From contig OZ365116.1 in assembly GCA_977030845.1 (NCBI GenBank), positions 16,430,001 to 16,494,000 on the forward strand: a stretch of 64,000 nucleotides of DNA, given 5' to 3'. A program made the translations under genes and the position numbers. The DNA is from Fimbriosthenelais zetlandica (lineage: Eukaryota). Position 1 is the stretch's first letter, and each line of letters starts with the position of its first letter. Below are positions 48,891 to 63,269 of this stretch, piece after piece. The notes beneath the pieces were generated by a model. It was not told the origin of the DNA. It did no database searches and saw only the letters and a list, made by a program, of their open reading frames with translations.

Positions 48891-51435
48891 ATGGGGGCGG
48901 AGGTAACCGGCTGGGTGGATATTTATCGTGGTTTTATAACTTTCTAGGCAGGCTTTTGTAAGCACTGCTTAGTGATATATTTGTGGTTGTAACAATTATA
49001 TGGCAAATAGTCACTATAGCTATCGGCGATACCTTGTCGCACGACCGTATCTATTACACAATTATTGTTCTCGCCCTGTAGTCACTGAATTCACCCATAT
49101 ATTGGACACATACTATCTACACTAGGCCAGAAATCTGCTACAAGATGGGAGAAGGACCTGAGGGCGTTTATAAATTATAAGTCCAATTTAAAGGATTGAC
49201 GGTAATTGTGAGTTCAATCAGTCATGTTTTATGAGCATCATACCAATAGAAACAGGGCTTTAATCACATGGAAGAAGCAATCCAACTTTGGTGCACTCAA
49301 GCATTGTCAAAAGGGTGATTGATATAATGTTCCTGACATTCCAATGTAAAAATCTTCTGACACATACATTCAGCACTCCGCTGTCCTCAGCCGTCTATCT
49401 TGTTGGTGGGGTCAGGGATTCTTGGTTCTGAGCGACATCCGTGAAGTATAATTGAAGCTGTTGTCGACTTTGAAATCCAAGGAGGATTGCTGTACTGACA
49501 GGTAGGGAAGATGGAAATGTGATTGAATGTCTGATAAGGTCGTGTAATGTGAGAAATACGGGATGGCAAATTACTTCACTTGGTTGAACACCAACTTAGA
49601 ACTCAATGTCATGGTTGCCATTTTAAATCCAATCCTACCCAAGCATGTGCGCAGGCAAATATCAGTTTCAATGATGGCAGCTTTGAAAAGCACATAGGAA
49701 GAGACCTCAGCAGTCGGCCGGGCCTGCAAGAAGGGGCTCTAAAAGATTTTTACTGAGGTTGTTTATCAGACTTAGAGAATTCTTGCCGACACCAGTTCAA
49801 TGCCCGTTGGTAACAAGCTGAACAGCCATTTCCCCCTCTCACGCCCGTCTCTGCGATGGGACTCCTATTAAAAATTTGTGACACTGTTGAAGTGCTCATT
49901 CTGGGGAAACTTATATGAGCAAGAGGCGATAGAGGGAGGTAGGCGATGCTGTACTCGAGATGTTGTGTCCTCCGGCTCAGTATTGTACATCACAGAATCC
50001 CCACCCTCCCCTTCCCCCTTCCAGTTAAGATGCTGTGATGGCTGCCAGCAACTTAACTAAAGCACCTGACATCTGAAATGCAACTTGCCAGCAATTATTG
50101 TGTGCCGTGTCTTCCCCCGAACTGCCAGGAGGTGACAGTGAGGTGGGGACGTCTGCCCGGCATTTCTATACAGGCTGGGCGATATGTTCTGAGTGCATCT
50201 ATTAGCACCAAGCAACTGACATTCAGTCAGACTTAGCAATCCACTGTCATCAACCCGATCAGCTTCTCTCCCCACCAAGAGAAACTTTCTTTTTTGCACC
50301 GAAAAAGCCAACAGCAGCTGAAAGGGCCAGATTGCATTATGACGCAAATGCATCACGCCCCACGTTTTATCAAGTTATTCTTGCTGCAGAGCCAAAACCA
50401 GCAGCTGAAAAAACAATGCATGGTGGGGTAATTGGTATGAAATGCAAAATTATATTTTCCTTTATCATGAAATTCTCAGATAATGAGATTTGGAAGGGAG
50501 AAGCGATATTTATTATTTCATTCTATTTCTGAAAGGAGTGGTTTACAATGCAAACTCGGCCTCAATACGTTTTAATTGTGATGTGGAGATTATTGCCAGA
50601 TTGCCTAGAGCTGTCATGTGTGAATCAAACTGAATCTCCAAAGCTAGATTTTTTACAAGTCGAGATACTTCATGTTTTAGCGATATATGCTCAACAAAAG
50701 CAGGAAGAAGTCTGTAACATAGATTTAACCCTTACTGTACTGAAATAATCCATCTCATCTACGTTGATATTCACTATAAAAAGTCCTGAAACTATAATGG
50801 ATTGTGAGGCTTCCAGATATGGATTTAAAAACGTATACTGCTGAGATATATGTATATATATTTAATTGCTCTATAGCAAGCAGTTTTGAAGAACTGTCTC
50901 ATGGTTTCACATTAAGCTTGTCTGACATATCTAAAGGGTTGTCTCACACTATAAAAACTAGAAGCTCCGTTTGGCAGATACAAACTGTATCTATCACGTG
51001 TACCCATGTAACTGGAACTTCAGTGGCGGCCTGTTTTTACCCTCAATTCATAGTCATGAGACTCATTGAAATGTCATTGGCGTTCTAGCTTGGCAGCGAT
51101 GGTGTGTGATTTGGGTTGGCGGTTGAAGGATAGTCCTGTGGGATGTGCTGATGTTGCAATGACTGAATACTGACCCTTCCCCACCCCTCAGGGGAATTTC
51201 TCCCCTCTGTGCCTCCTTCTCTCTTCTCCCCCATCTTCTCCATCTCCTTACTGAGGTTTGCTCCGCTCGGGGCACCTCCCGCGCGATATCCTCACGACGT
51301 GCTGAGACGATCGATCAATCCAAGGCTTCACCTTAAATAAAACAAGAAAGAAGAAGCACATCATGTCTAGATTGACACAAAATGTTATTGATTTGTGATA
51401 GATGGGATGGCACTGGTCAATGGAAGGGTTCAGTG

Positions 51436-51480
51436 CTTAAGGCTATAGATTTACTGAGGTCTTAAGAGCATAAAACAGCC
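51436..51480 (+). repeat. Same short dispersed family, copy 6
   Basis: cttaaggctatagatttactgaggtcttaagagcataaaacagcc. Confidence 0.6.
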
Positions 51481-52067
51481 TGTAAGACTTGTCTTATGAC
51501 AGGTTTTCAAAGGAATTTTATGGCCAGATTAGCACCTAAGGCCACTTTGTCACAAGAAAAACTGTTATTACAATCCTTCCCTGGCTTATGCACTTCAATT
51601 GGTCTCTGACCAATATCACTTACCTTTACCAGGGTAATTGTGTTAAAAGGAGTAAACAAGAGACGGCAACAAAAATGTTTGTTTGGGGAATTTCTGATGG
51701 ATCTGCACGTGGATTTGGAGTGAAAATATTCAGGGGTTGATCAGCCAGGAGACAAAAATGTGAGACGTGAAAAGAAAGGCGAGGTGGAGGAGGTGGCGGA
51801 TGAATTACATTGGTCAGGAAAACATGAGGCAATAATGTGAGAAATCATCAGAATGATAAGGTTGGGGTGTCAGAATGTTACATGCCAAGTGTCAATATTT
51901 TATTTTTGAGAATGGAGGAGCGGAAGGCCCACTCTAAAGATGTGAAAAAGTAATCAAATACGGCATCTATCATGGATTGAGTAAGGCAAGCCATCAATAC
52001 AGACTTTGCCGTGACTTGGCATAAGCCAATACCCAGCGGCAACGGCTTGCAGAGTTCATGTTACTTT

Positions 52068-52335
52068 GGGAGACAGAGAGAGGAGAGAGATGTGTGGCTA
52101 GGACAACATCTTTGAGGAGGTATGGGTTACATGAAGGAGGAGAAAGGCTGGTTGAGGGAGAGTAGGGAGAGTGAAACACTATGTAGAGAGGAAGGGGGAG
52201 GGGTAGGACAAGAGGAAAAGTAAGGAAAAGAAGGAGGAAGGAGGGAGACATCTACAGAAAGAACTGATAGCGGAATAGAGAGAAAAAGGAAAGTATAGAG
52301 TTCTGAGGTAGAGATGAGAGAGGGAGGAGAGATGA
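52068..52335. repeat. GA-rich low-complexity tract
   Basis: Long purine-rich stretch; explains three minus-strand Leu/Ser/Phe track ORFs. Confidence 0.75.
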
Positions 52336-55173
52336 ACAAAACCAGTAGGCATGTCTGTGCATCCCACTTGCTATACCGTTCACTGTTGGTGCTAGTTTCT
52401 AAGCATTAGACCTGAATCCCTCTTCATGACCAGACATAGATTAGAACTAGTCTTAGACAAAGACCCCTCCCAGAGGAAGCTGTCTATCTCTTGATAAAAG
52501 TATTCAGTATCAGTCACACTTGAGATGCTTTCATTTATTTTTCTCCAGACGGCTCTGCTCAGGCCAAGAAAAGAAAGTGACTTCCTGTGTAGATTTCTGG
52601 CCGGACTGTTTGAAATATACTTTGTGGTTATTTTTACGCGGTGTGAGGGGGATTAGAGAAGATCCATCTTCGTTAATGCGGTCTGGTTGTCTGCGTCGGC
52701 GCCTTTTACTTAACGTTAAATGTCAATATACTGTATCGTCTGTTTTTAAGTTTCCTCAAGTGATTGATCCACTGTCCCTGTATGGGGCAAAAGGTATCGT
52801 TACAGATCCTATGCATGATCTTTAGTAAGTAGTATACAAAAAGGTACCCACTTAATCTGAACATATGTCTTACATTTATACTTACTCCAACATCATATAG
52901 CAAAATCTAAACAGATTAAGGAAACAGGTCTAATGCTCTCAGCCTAAGCCGTGCCCTGGCCACCATCAACGTTGCGGTCCAGTGGTTTTATGGCCTGGCG
53001 AGCAGTTCCACCCCTGACCTGGTTAGAGTGACTCGCTGAGACCATTTATTCTGACCAAACGAGCTGAAATAAACGGAGGTCGATTAATTGTAGCCCACGG
53101 CTAGAGCGCGGCAGGCGGGACATTATGATGTGTTAGTAACACGAGAACTGTCAGATGTAAGCACACAGGATGTATGTACACTGTGTTAATGCTACTTACT
53201 CCTACTTACTTTATGGAAAGTGCTGAGAGTAAATAACAATAAATAACCCAGTAAATAACAGCGTACTGGGGAAGGAGTTCACAGAAAGACTTCCTGAAAA
53301 TAGGACGAGTTGGTATAATACCAGCCACAGTTGCAAATAGGAAATATGCATAGAAAGAGCCCCAAGCAGCTTTCACCAACTTACATATCTACAAACATGG
53401 TTTCTATTTTGTTAGCCTACATTTGCCTGTAGTTCTCCTCCCCCCACCCTCTACCCATCTCCTCTAGAGACAGCTCCTCAAGTCCTGCACACTTAGCCTC
53501 CAATCATGCCATATGGCCCTGGAGCCAGTCTGCTGGTCTTGGAGCATCTGCCTGCTCTTCCTCCACCTTCTGTTCTCCCTATACCAACTCCCTGCTCCTT
53601 CAATTGCTCAGATTGCTGCTACCTTATTCTAACCAGACACGCACACCACCAGGACACGAGCAGCTCCCTAATACTGTCCGGATTGCTCAGATCACCAAAC
53701 AACTGCTCAGAAATTGGAGGGATTCAAGTGGTCCCAACTAATTGCGATGTCACTCGCTGACTAACCAGATGTAATCTTAGGACCACCATTTTGTAATTAA
53801 ATTGGGTCGCTACGAGATGGACGGTCAGTGAAAACAAGCCCTCTTCCAGTTGCACAATACCAGCGATGATTTGCTCATTTGCTCACATTTGCTCCGTTTT
53901 AACTCATGGATCATTGTGCTGCTGATATGTGCTTCTGGCTGTTTGGACCCTGGCTCCAAGTGGTAGAATAACCGATATAGAATTTGAGCACATCAAACCT
54001 GATTGTTTCACCTCAAAATTATCAATGCCCAGAGGTAAACTATCTCCCTTGTTAGGTTGTCTGAATGTTCATTGCGAATGTTCATCGCTGAAAAACGCAG
54101 TAACAGAAACTGATGGAAACAGATCACAATTCAGTCTCTGATTGCAGTTGGGAATGAATGAAGTATTCAACTTTTAAGTGGCACAACACGAGTAACAAAA
54201 TTACTTGACACTAATTCCCGATTGACATTTATTGAAAAAGTTAAAAATGTGAGATAAAACAGATGGAGGATTTTCCTAATACGATTTTGTTTAATCGACA
54301 GAAAATCGATTGCAGATCCTTTGTTCAGGTTATTTAAGAATCTTTTAGATTTTTAATAAAACGAAGCAATTTGGAAATCCGCCATGTTTGAAGTAAAAAA
54401 AGGGGATCAGATTTGAACTGGTGAGGGCATGATGGATTGATGTTTGAAGTGGGGGTTCAGGTGACATTTTAAAGGAATAAATTGTGTAATCATCTGCTTT
54501 TGTTGTTATCCAACTCTAAAACGGTGTGCGTACACCTGGTGTCGTGTCACTAGGCAGCCACAAATGCTTAGCTGTCACCTATCTGACAGTCACTGGATAT
54601 TTATGAAGAGAAAATTGACACATTAATGACAGACCAGTGCATAATTCAGATTTAATCATTGCAGTCCTTGCTCTTCTCTCTCACTATTTGATAAGATGGA
54701 CCTTCCAGTGCAAGCTTTACTGACCTGCTTTGATTTGTGTGAGTACGGGACATTTTCATTGTTTTTGACAGGCCTGATGGCAATTTCAATTATTGGAAAA
54801 CCTGTTAGATCCTTTTGGTTTTCAATAATATGAAACCTAAAGAAAATATTCAATATTAGGCTAATAATTTCTGCCTTATGCCTATGTATATTTATATCTG
54901 TATACATATATCACCATATAAGAAAAAAAATACTAGGCCTACATATTAACTATATGTCTGTGCTGTAGCAGTTTTTCATTTATACAATTTTTAGCTTGCT
55001 GGTCAGATAAAGTTGTCAAGTTAAAGTTTATGCTACAATTGCCACGTTCATTCCACTTGTGCGTCCATTGCCACCAGTAACTCTATGCGCACCATTATGC
55101 CATGGCCTGCCGGCCATGTGAACAGCTAAACCCAATAAGTGTCTGGTAACTCGCTCATCTTACTCTACATCTG

Positions 55174-55187
55174 GTTACCGTGGCAAC
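55174..55187. promoter_or_regulatory. Single near-perfect X-box
   Basis: GTTACCGTGGCAAC. Confidence 0.3.
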
Positions 55188-57881
55188 AGACGGCCCAATA
55201 TCTAAACGACCTGATCAACTTAGTCCTGTGGTACAGACACCCAAGACGAGGACAGAGGTGTCTGGGTCGCACGGGCTGGCCAGCTGTGTGTGTGCCCCAC
55301 ATGTTGAACATCCCTAATCAGGCAAACCCAGGCAGCAAGGCTTTGAACTTTCCACTGCTTGGATTACAAGATGCTCTTCTGGTGATTTGAGCTGCATTTT
55401 GGTGACACGCTTGGGTGTGGTAGATGGTGGGTGGTGGTGTGTGGTCTGGCGGTGGCTGGAATTTAAGGAGGAAGTGGATCCCTTTATTTCATGCTCAGTT
55501 GAAGGCTGAGTGAGAAGTGTTGTGTGAAATTCCCTCAGTTGAATCTTAATTATTACACCTTCTTCTAAGTGAAGTGTTCCTCAAACTGTTCATCTAAAAC
55601 ATCTGAAATTTGCTACTACCTGGCCTAGGTTTAATGGGCACAATTATTACACATACTTTTAGCATCAGCATTTCACTTGTTTAGAGCTCCAGCTTCATGG
55701 ATCTTTTCCAGGATCAGAATGCAATATACATGTGCATGCTTCCCGCTAGGAGTTTTAAATGCAGTGTCTGTTCGCTGTCAGGTTATGCTGTACGTGTTCT
55801 AGAATCTGGCCCAAATTATCGGATAAATCACGTGCATTTGCATAAAGTAGGCCTATGTGCCATGCTGAAGGTCATGTCTGTGTTTAAGAGCTGGTATGCT
55901 CCTAAAATTTGCTTCAAGATGGAAGCTAGGATTCCTATACAAAGAAACAAATCAGTGCTTGGGTGAGGGAGAAAAATAAGCAATAAAAGCATGCCATGTT
56001 TTAGGTCCCCCAACCCCTCCTGGCTACTTCTCTTCTCACTCCTTAAAGCTTTCATTTCCTTCCTGAGTGATGCTCAAAAATTACACTTCAAAAAGTGATC
56101 GATATTTGTCTTTTGGAAGGATCTCCGCCCTGTGACTTGGGGGGGTTTGCGCAGCGGCTGTCATCTCAGCACCGTGATGCGGTGATGGATGGTTATATTC
56201 ACCGCTTCAATGCCAGCCAAGCGGAAGGGCCGAGGGGCACATCCCGTTTTCTTAGTTGCTGATAGAATCGAGAGAAAGATTAGCGTTAAATCGGTCCACA
56301 ATCTAGGTCTGACATGACTGTCACTGGGTCTCCAAAGTTTAAATCTACTCTCATTCAAAGATGGAAAAGAATGAAGGCTACATCAGATGAGCAGTCAGAT
56401 TCTTGTTGAAAATTATTCCAGGCATCAGAAGTTTAAACCAACTTTTATTCCGGGGGAACAGCAGTGAAGGGTTCACAGAATGACCTGTCAGTCATGGTGT
56501 CTTCGTCGGTGAACTGGTCTGCATCTGAACAGCCCTAGAATAGATCAGAAAAATTGACAAATAAAGACCGCAGTGAGCAGTGAGAAAGAAAGAAAATATA
56601 GACCGAAAAAAGAAAAAGAAAAGTTATGTCATTTCTTACCAGATGTTGAGAGCAATAATGTTGCCTGAAGCTGACATCTAACTGGTGGACAGTGCCGTGA
56701 TTTTCTAGCCTTCAGCTGTGCCACCAGCCATTTCGTTAGTTGTCCATGTCGTCTGACGAGTTCTGTCAGTAGGGGTCGAGATTTTATAAAATCCTGGTAC
56801 GTGCTCCGCTCATTAGTTGAGGTTTACTGTCCGGATCAATGAGGTTTTACAAATCTCTACTTATCAAACCCCACTATCCTCACTAAATTGTTTCCTGAGG
56901 TCTTTTCCCCACGCAAATAATGAGATTTTGACCCAAAAAGGGACAGTATATCCTGAAATAAGAGGTTTGGACGAAAAGGGAAAGCAAAGGATTACTGAAA
57001 ATGATGACATTACTGTCAAGAAGAATGTAGAGCAAAGTGTCATTGTTTATTTTTCAGCAAAATGTTTTCATAATTATTACAATAATGTAAATTCTATCCG
57101 CAAAAAGATAATGGGGCTATGGGTCAGTGGTGAATTCTCTGTTGCCTATAAATCTTATGAATAAAAAATAGATAAAATATTGTGAGGGGGCATCAGTACT
57201 ATACCAGAAGCTAATATAGTCATTGGTGCATAACCAATTTTGACCATCTTTCATTTTTCCTGTGAATATCTCTAAGATAGGACGTGCATTTCTTGGTCAT
57301 TTATTGGTGAGAGGTCTTGGAGGCTGAGGTCGGCCATAGGACACTGCCCCTTAATACAAGAACTCACTTGGGGAATGTGGGGTCATGGGTCAAAGGGAAG
57401 GCAGGGCTGGTGAGGGCATACCCTGAGCCCTTCCTCACAAAAGGGCTTTTGGAAAGCCCCAAGGACATTAGATATTAAAAGGCAGCACACAATGTCTTCT
57501 GCGTTGCAGAAAGAACTTTGCACGTAGATCCAGAAAGGCTTTAAAAGTCTCACTTGTGATGTCCCTATAATTTTTTAAGGTGCATTTGACTCTTAATACC
57601 ATAATACATAGATATATGGTTTTTCAATGCTTTTTCATTTTACTAATTTGCTTTGCAACATTTTTATTGCATTTCGAACAATTCCTGATGAAATGCCTGT
57701 TAGATATTTGCAGGGAAATAAGCCTTTCTTGCTCTTTGTGGGTGGGTTGGTAGCAGTTGATGGGCCTGAAAAGCCATGACGACTTTGACGTGGGGATCAA
57801 ATTAAAGCGTGATGTAGGGGCAGTGGGAACAATAGTCGGCAGGTGTGGCCTTGGCTTCCAGCTCCTATTTTTCCCACGGCT

Positions 57882-57940
57882 GGAGGGACTGGGAGGAGGG
57901 GGAGGAGGAGGAGGGGGAGGAGGGAAGGCCGGTGGAGGGG
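57882..57940. repeat. (GGA)n / G-rich simple repeat
   Basis: gggaggagggggaggaggaggagggggaggagggaagg. Confidence 0.8.
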
Positions 57941-60900
57941 GATTCTTCACGGCGTGAGAAGGCTTGAAGGGCAACGGAAGACTAATGTATGCGAGGGTAT
58001 TGATAAGGATGAAGAGGGCCAGAATAAATATAATTTTGATATTAATATTAATTTTATATTTAGTAGCGGGGAAGGTCCTGTCCTTGATCAGTAATAAACA
58101 GATTTCCCCCTAGTCATAGGCCTTATTCCATTCACAGGATTCCATTCACACTCGGACTAATTCTCCAATATGATGTACTCCCTTATATACTGCTTTTCGG
58201 TGCAGAGTAGGCTATTATAATCTATTATTTATGGACGACATAGAGGACAGGTTGAGTTTAAGCTCATTAAGTCCTACTTTAAGGTTACCGCTGGTACAGC
58301 AGGATCTGGTAGCTCCACTTCAGTGAGAGGCGGTAACTAGCTATTTGGTTGTTAGTGTGGCAGCTAATCTAATTTGATAACATGGCATATGGCTGTGGGC
58401 TATGTTGCGGCTAGGAGTCTTCCCACTGCTCGCTGTGGGTTATGCCATAGATTCACTTTTGTTTCTATCATAAACCTTGTGATTCCCCTGAAGGTTTATT
58501 GTTCTTAAAGGGCAGATACACTGTTAAGTTATATGTCGCAGCATACCTTCAGTAGGGGGCAGCACAAATGTCATGTCCACTTCCGGTTGTGCACTCACCA
58601 GTATAAGTGCTACTTTTGAATGTGAAGAGACATCTACCAAAAAAAAATGACAAAATTTTAATAAGCAAGAAATGCTGGAATAAAGGAAGAAGCAAGGCTT
58701 CAAATTACAAGTAAATATCGCTTGATCTTGGATTAACATATATGCTCATTTCTCGATCCTTCTATAAACGCCTGTTTTATGGAGCACAGTGGATCTGTAA
58801 CCTAAGACTTGGTCGCTAATGGAGAAGTTTCGCCCATTCTGCTCTACACTTGTCAGTAAATGATTTAGCGTGTTGATGTAATTAATCTGGGATATAGCTG
58901 GGCGGACGATATCCCAGTCATAATGTTAATACATGGAAATCTAATTATATAGCCTAGATACACCCTGTCATTCTGCTTTGGTCACAATTGTGTTAGACCA
59001 TGTTTTAGGTGCATATATGAGCTCATAGGAATAGAAATGATGTCCTGGGGCACACTTCCTCTGATAATAGTCCTGTACATTTGTATATTTGGATTTTGTT
59101 TTTGACAATGAATTTTTTCACGTGGTTTTTATTTAGCTGGATTACAACAGTTGGTCTCTCAAAAAGTGTTTCAAGTACAATATGTGTGAATAGCTTTAGA
59201 TTTGCAAATGGTTCCATTTTTTGCCATAGTCAACTTGCAGCTCTAACAGAAGATTTGCTTTATATATGAAAAGGGATGTGAGACGAATGCGTATATGATT
59301 TCTGTGACTATCTAGGGACATCTTGTATTCTCTCCCTTAATACAAAAATACATCGATACCTATCTCTGCATATAGATACATATATACTCATATCTGCATA
59401 TATAGAGGCTGTGGGAAGAAGCTATGGGACTATTTCATAAAATATATATCGATATTAAGGTTGAGGACTGAAAACATATCCCAACCGTGGTGTCTTTATA
59501 AAAAAGAATAGATACGAATTGAATCTATTTTTAATAGATTTTGCAAAGGAAATCATGCACAATGTAAAAGCCTTTTGGTTCTGGTTTGTGAAACAGGCCC
59601 CGTGTGGAGTAGAAAGCTCAGGGATGAAATAGCCAGTAGTTGTCTGGACCGATGTCTGCAGACCCTAGAGATTCACCCTTCAAGGCTCGACAGACAATAC
59701 AATGGCTTTGAATATCTTAAGACATAACTCTGAAAAACATCAGCAAAACAGCTTCTAAGGAACCATCTATTTTTAGCAGACTTTATTGTGAAGACGATCA
59801 AATGGATTAGATCAAGTTTCCCATTTCTTGATCAACATATTTTGATATATTGCCCAATAATAAGTATAAGTAAGTAACTAAAAGTAAGACGAGTGGACAG
59901 TGAACCTGCCCAGAAGAGCGGAGCACCTCTCATGCTCCCGTCTGAGTATTGATGATGTAATTAATGAAGTAGCCAGCTCAGTTCTACTTCCGCTTCCGAT
60001 CCTGTCTAACCACCCTGCTTCCCATCCTGCAGACATCACCATGACAACCAACACTTCCGGTTACACCCCCACCCGGCCCCACCACCCCACCCCACCCCAC
60101 CATCCAACAAGCTGTTATTCTCATCTCACAGACCCGCCTCTTGTAAAGGATCTCCTCCGGGGCCCCAAACTTGTCTAAAAAGTTTATTTCTATGAAGGAG
60201 TGTCTTAGAATCTGTGACTCGTTTGTTACCGGAAATACCGTCCCAAACCCCTTGCTTGCCACCACGGTAATTGAACGCTATTGGAGCTGGACCGAACCAT
60301 TGAGGGCTTCCGTCCATTATGTGGCTACTTTAAAAGAAGCCAGCTTAGGCAGGGGGAGAGGTAGGGCTGCCCTTGAGACAAGCAAATCCCATGCTGATGC
60401 AACGGCCATTGGCTCACAGCTTTGAAAGGGTGTCGGGGAAGAGGGGTCCTGTGTTCTCCCTGTTTATTACCGTTTCTTTATATCGCCTGGCGTTAACACA
60501 GCCCGGGTTTTTGATGGAGGCCGCTTGGCCTCGGACACTGGCCTCTCCAATGTATTTATGGTATAGCCAAGGGTGGGCTGGAGGCCATGTCGTAAAAGCC
60601 AAGAGGGTAATCCTGCCGTGATGTATGATTCAGGGTGGGTCCGTCATTCACAATCATCCAATCAAAGCCAACACTATCACTGACATTAAAACTGGACCAA
60701 GGTGGGATAGCACAGGTGCTAAACACCGACACAAACTCACTCTCTACCTCCCCTCTTAATGAAATACATCTGTATTGCTTGGATATGTCTGTTAGTTAGA
60801 CCTCTGGGCAATCAATCTGGCCATTTCAGTTAATGCACAGACTGATGATATTTCCTCCTAGGACATAAAACTTAATGTAAATGATAGGTCATAGTATGAT

Positions 60901-62679
60901 TGTACTGATTCGCTTGCTGCTCCTCCCTCCATCTTGATTCTTCTTTCTCGTCTTCTCGTCCCTCGTCCTCGTACTCTTGTCCCGCCTTCCCTCTACTTGT
61001 CCATGTATATAGGATCTATTTCATTGGCCAGCCTGATGTTGTGAACGCCTGATCGCCTCTCCTCACTGCACCATCCATGCTATTCAGGCCGTTAAGGGCC
61101 TACCAACCAGCACCCTCAGCCTCCCATAGCCCCAAACAAGACAGGCTGGCCATTTCTAGTTGTTACATCTCTCTATCTCCATTCCTCTCTTCTCATCGTA
61201 TCTCTCACACTCTGTCTATACTGCCTCAATCCTCTTTACATATGCCAATATTGCCAGATATAATATAAGTATGGGTGCTTATTTCAGGTTTTGTTGAAGA
61301 TATATACATATTCCTCTCCCTTTCATCCTATATTCGATCTGTCACTGTCTAAGTCTTACTACTTTTGTGTTAAAGTCACTCTCATCCGTTTAAGTCACTC
61401 TCTTGCCTTCGTCTCGATAGAACAAATAATACTTCTTTGGCTTATTCGTCATCCTCTAAACTCTAAGACAGCAATATCCTCGAAGAATACACAAACGGTA
61501 TATTTACTTTAAAAGTGATATCTAAGAACAGAACATAGATAGCAGTTGTGCCTAAGGAAATAAACAAAGTGTGCATGAAAGACTCTAGTGTATTCTACCC
61601 TCTCTGGCAAGGGTTGATAGTGAAACTGGCTGGCGGCCACATGACCATGACCCTGAATGATGGGGTTAATTATGTCAGCCCTCCCCTAACTTCATCTCAG
61701 TCTGTGACAGGGAAACAATGGTAGCAGGATGAAATGTGGCTAGTGGTCAGTTCCTAAAGTCACTTGGTAATATTTAATGCTAGCCTCTAACTTAATCCCC
61801 CCGCCTCTCATCTTTCATTGCCCGGGTCTTCCTTCACTGAACGAGCCGTAAACGCAGCCAGGAATGCTGTACTGCCGACGAGCGGAGGGCTAGTCTGATG
61901 AATGGCCTGGTTAAATCATCAGTGGGCCAATTACTGTGGTTGGGGGAATAATATTTAACTAACAGGCAATTAGGAAGCTTGTGGTCATAAAAATATTGGT
62001 AGGGAAGAGAGACGGCAACCACCACTCCCCATTCCTCACTCTATTAACCTTCGTGAACACAACATGTTTCCATCGGTTGCCAGTTCGCATTTGTTTATCT
62101 TTCATAATAGTTGGCCAGATCCTATGGCATTTTGTCATCAAGAAGCTGTCTTATCTCAAAAAGGATCTTTTTAATATTATCTTTGGGGGAGATGGCACAC
62201 AACTAATTGACAAAAAAGCAAGATAGCAAGAAGTATTTTGTCTTGGGAAATAACAGTATTTCACTTTTCAAAGTGAGTCATACTTCTGCTATTTTTCCAT
62301 CTGAATGTCACACTCACTTTGATTTAAAAATCAGAAGAAGAGACCGCATTCCTGACATTCATAAAATTCCTCTCTATATGAAGAGACCAGAGAAGAAACT
62401 CACTCTATGATTGTCTACTGTATAAGACAGAAGACCAAATATGACAAGCCAAAAATGAAAGGTCACATTCTATATGACCGTCCCAAACCTTTTCCACACC
62501 GACTCCTATAGGAAGTGACATTTTACATTTGAATGCGGAACTTGAAAAGACGACCTAAGTGGCTATAACACTATGACAGATCCAAGCCCCGCTTCCTTGC
62601 ATCCCTTTGTGTGGAAAAAACATGCATGCACATTTATAGCTGGATGCTATTTAGTTCTGATTTAGATCTCAGTTTTTCG

Positions 62680-63269
62680 TGCTCCCACCTGAATTAAGAT
62701 ATAGTGACTTTCAGTTGTTAAGTTTTCTAACGCAAATGTGTCCTATGTGAATGTCGTGCCTTCTAACCCCAGCCCTTTTAGGCAGTTTTTACTATTCCTT
62801 GTCATTGTTATATAGTTCTCACTGGCCTTGACAAATGTCAGTTGCACAGAAGGCAAGTTATAGATGATTACAAGAATCGCAACCAGTAGATCATGGGTAT
62901 ATATATGGCCATGTCTGACACGCACCTACAGCCATACTATGTTACAATTCTGACAGGAGTACAGAAAAATATTATGATGATTGTAAGTCCTGCGGATGGA
63001 AACACCATGCCTGAGAAAGACTGGGATTTAAGAGTTATGAGCCTATCTTTTGAAAAGGAGTGAGGTTGGGGCCTGGCCGGGCAGATTGCCTTGATAAATC
63101 GGTGATGGAATGATGTTCTCTGGCCTTTCCTCTGGCCTGCTGAGACCATCGATTTTATATTATCAACCAGCTTTCCCGGATCACCTGAAAACGGGTTTGA
63201 ATCAAGATCCAGCGTGATCAGAATGTAACCGAGGGTAAAAAGGAACAGAGGGAAGGATCTCCCGGCCAT
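62680..63269 (-). mobile_element. Possible decayed Penelope-like reverse-transcriptase fragment
   Basis: Two adjacent minus-strand track ORFs and their continuation give collinear segments: LDSNP...KLVDNIKSMVSAG...RFIKAICPARP, then LLVAILVIIYNLP...KASENYI, then LENLTTESHYILIQVG. These recall Penelope RT segments (L-x-x-D-P; F-L-x-x-x-x-P-x-x-P; D-V-x-S-L-Y-T-N-I-P; N-x-F-x-F...Q-x-x-G). Frameshifted, with stops. Confidence 0.35.

Noticed and set aside
49440-49760. YWTD/LDL-receptor-like reading (AVVDFEIQGGLLY*)
   Set aside because: Multiple stops, no splice boundaries, only one partial motif.
50060-50240. Trypsin-like reading (YCVPCLPP...VRWGRL)
   Set aside because: No catalytic motifs and wrong spacing; probably chance.
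57684-57730. Hammerhead-like CTGATGA...GAAA
   Set aside because: Stem II does not start directly after the core and no stem III or cleavage triplet can form.
60230-60440. Gypsy integrase-like hints (IERYWSWTEPLRASV; HSFERVSG)
   Set aside because: Too degenerate and spread across frames to support a call.
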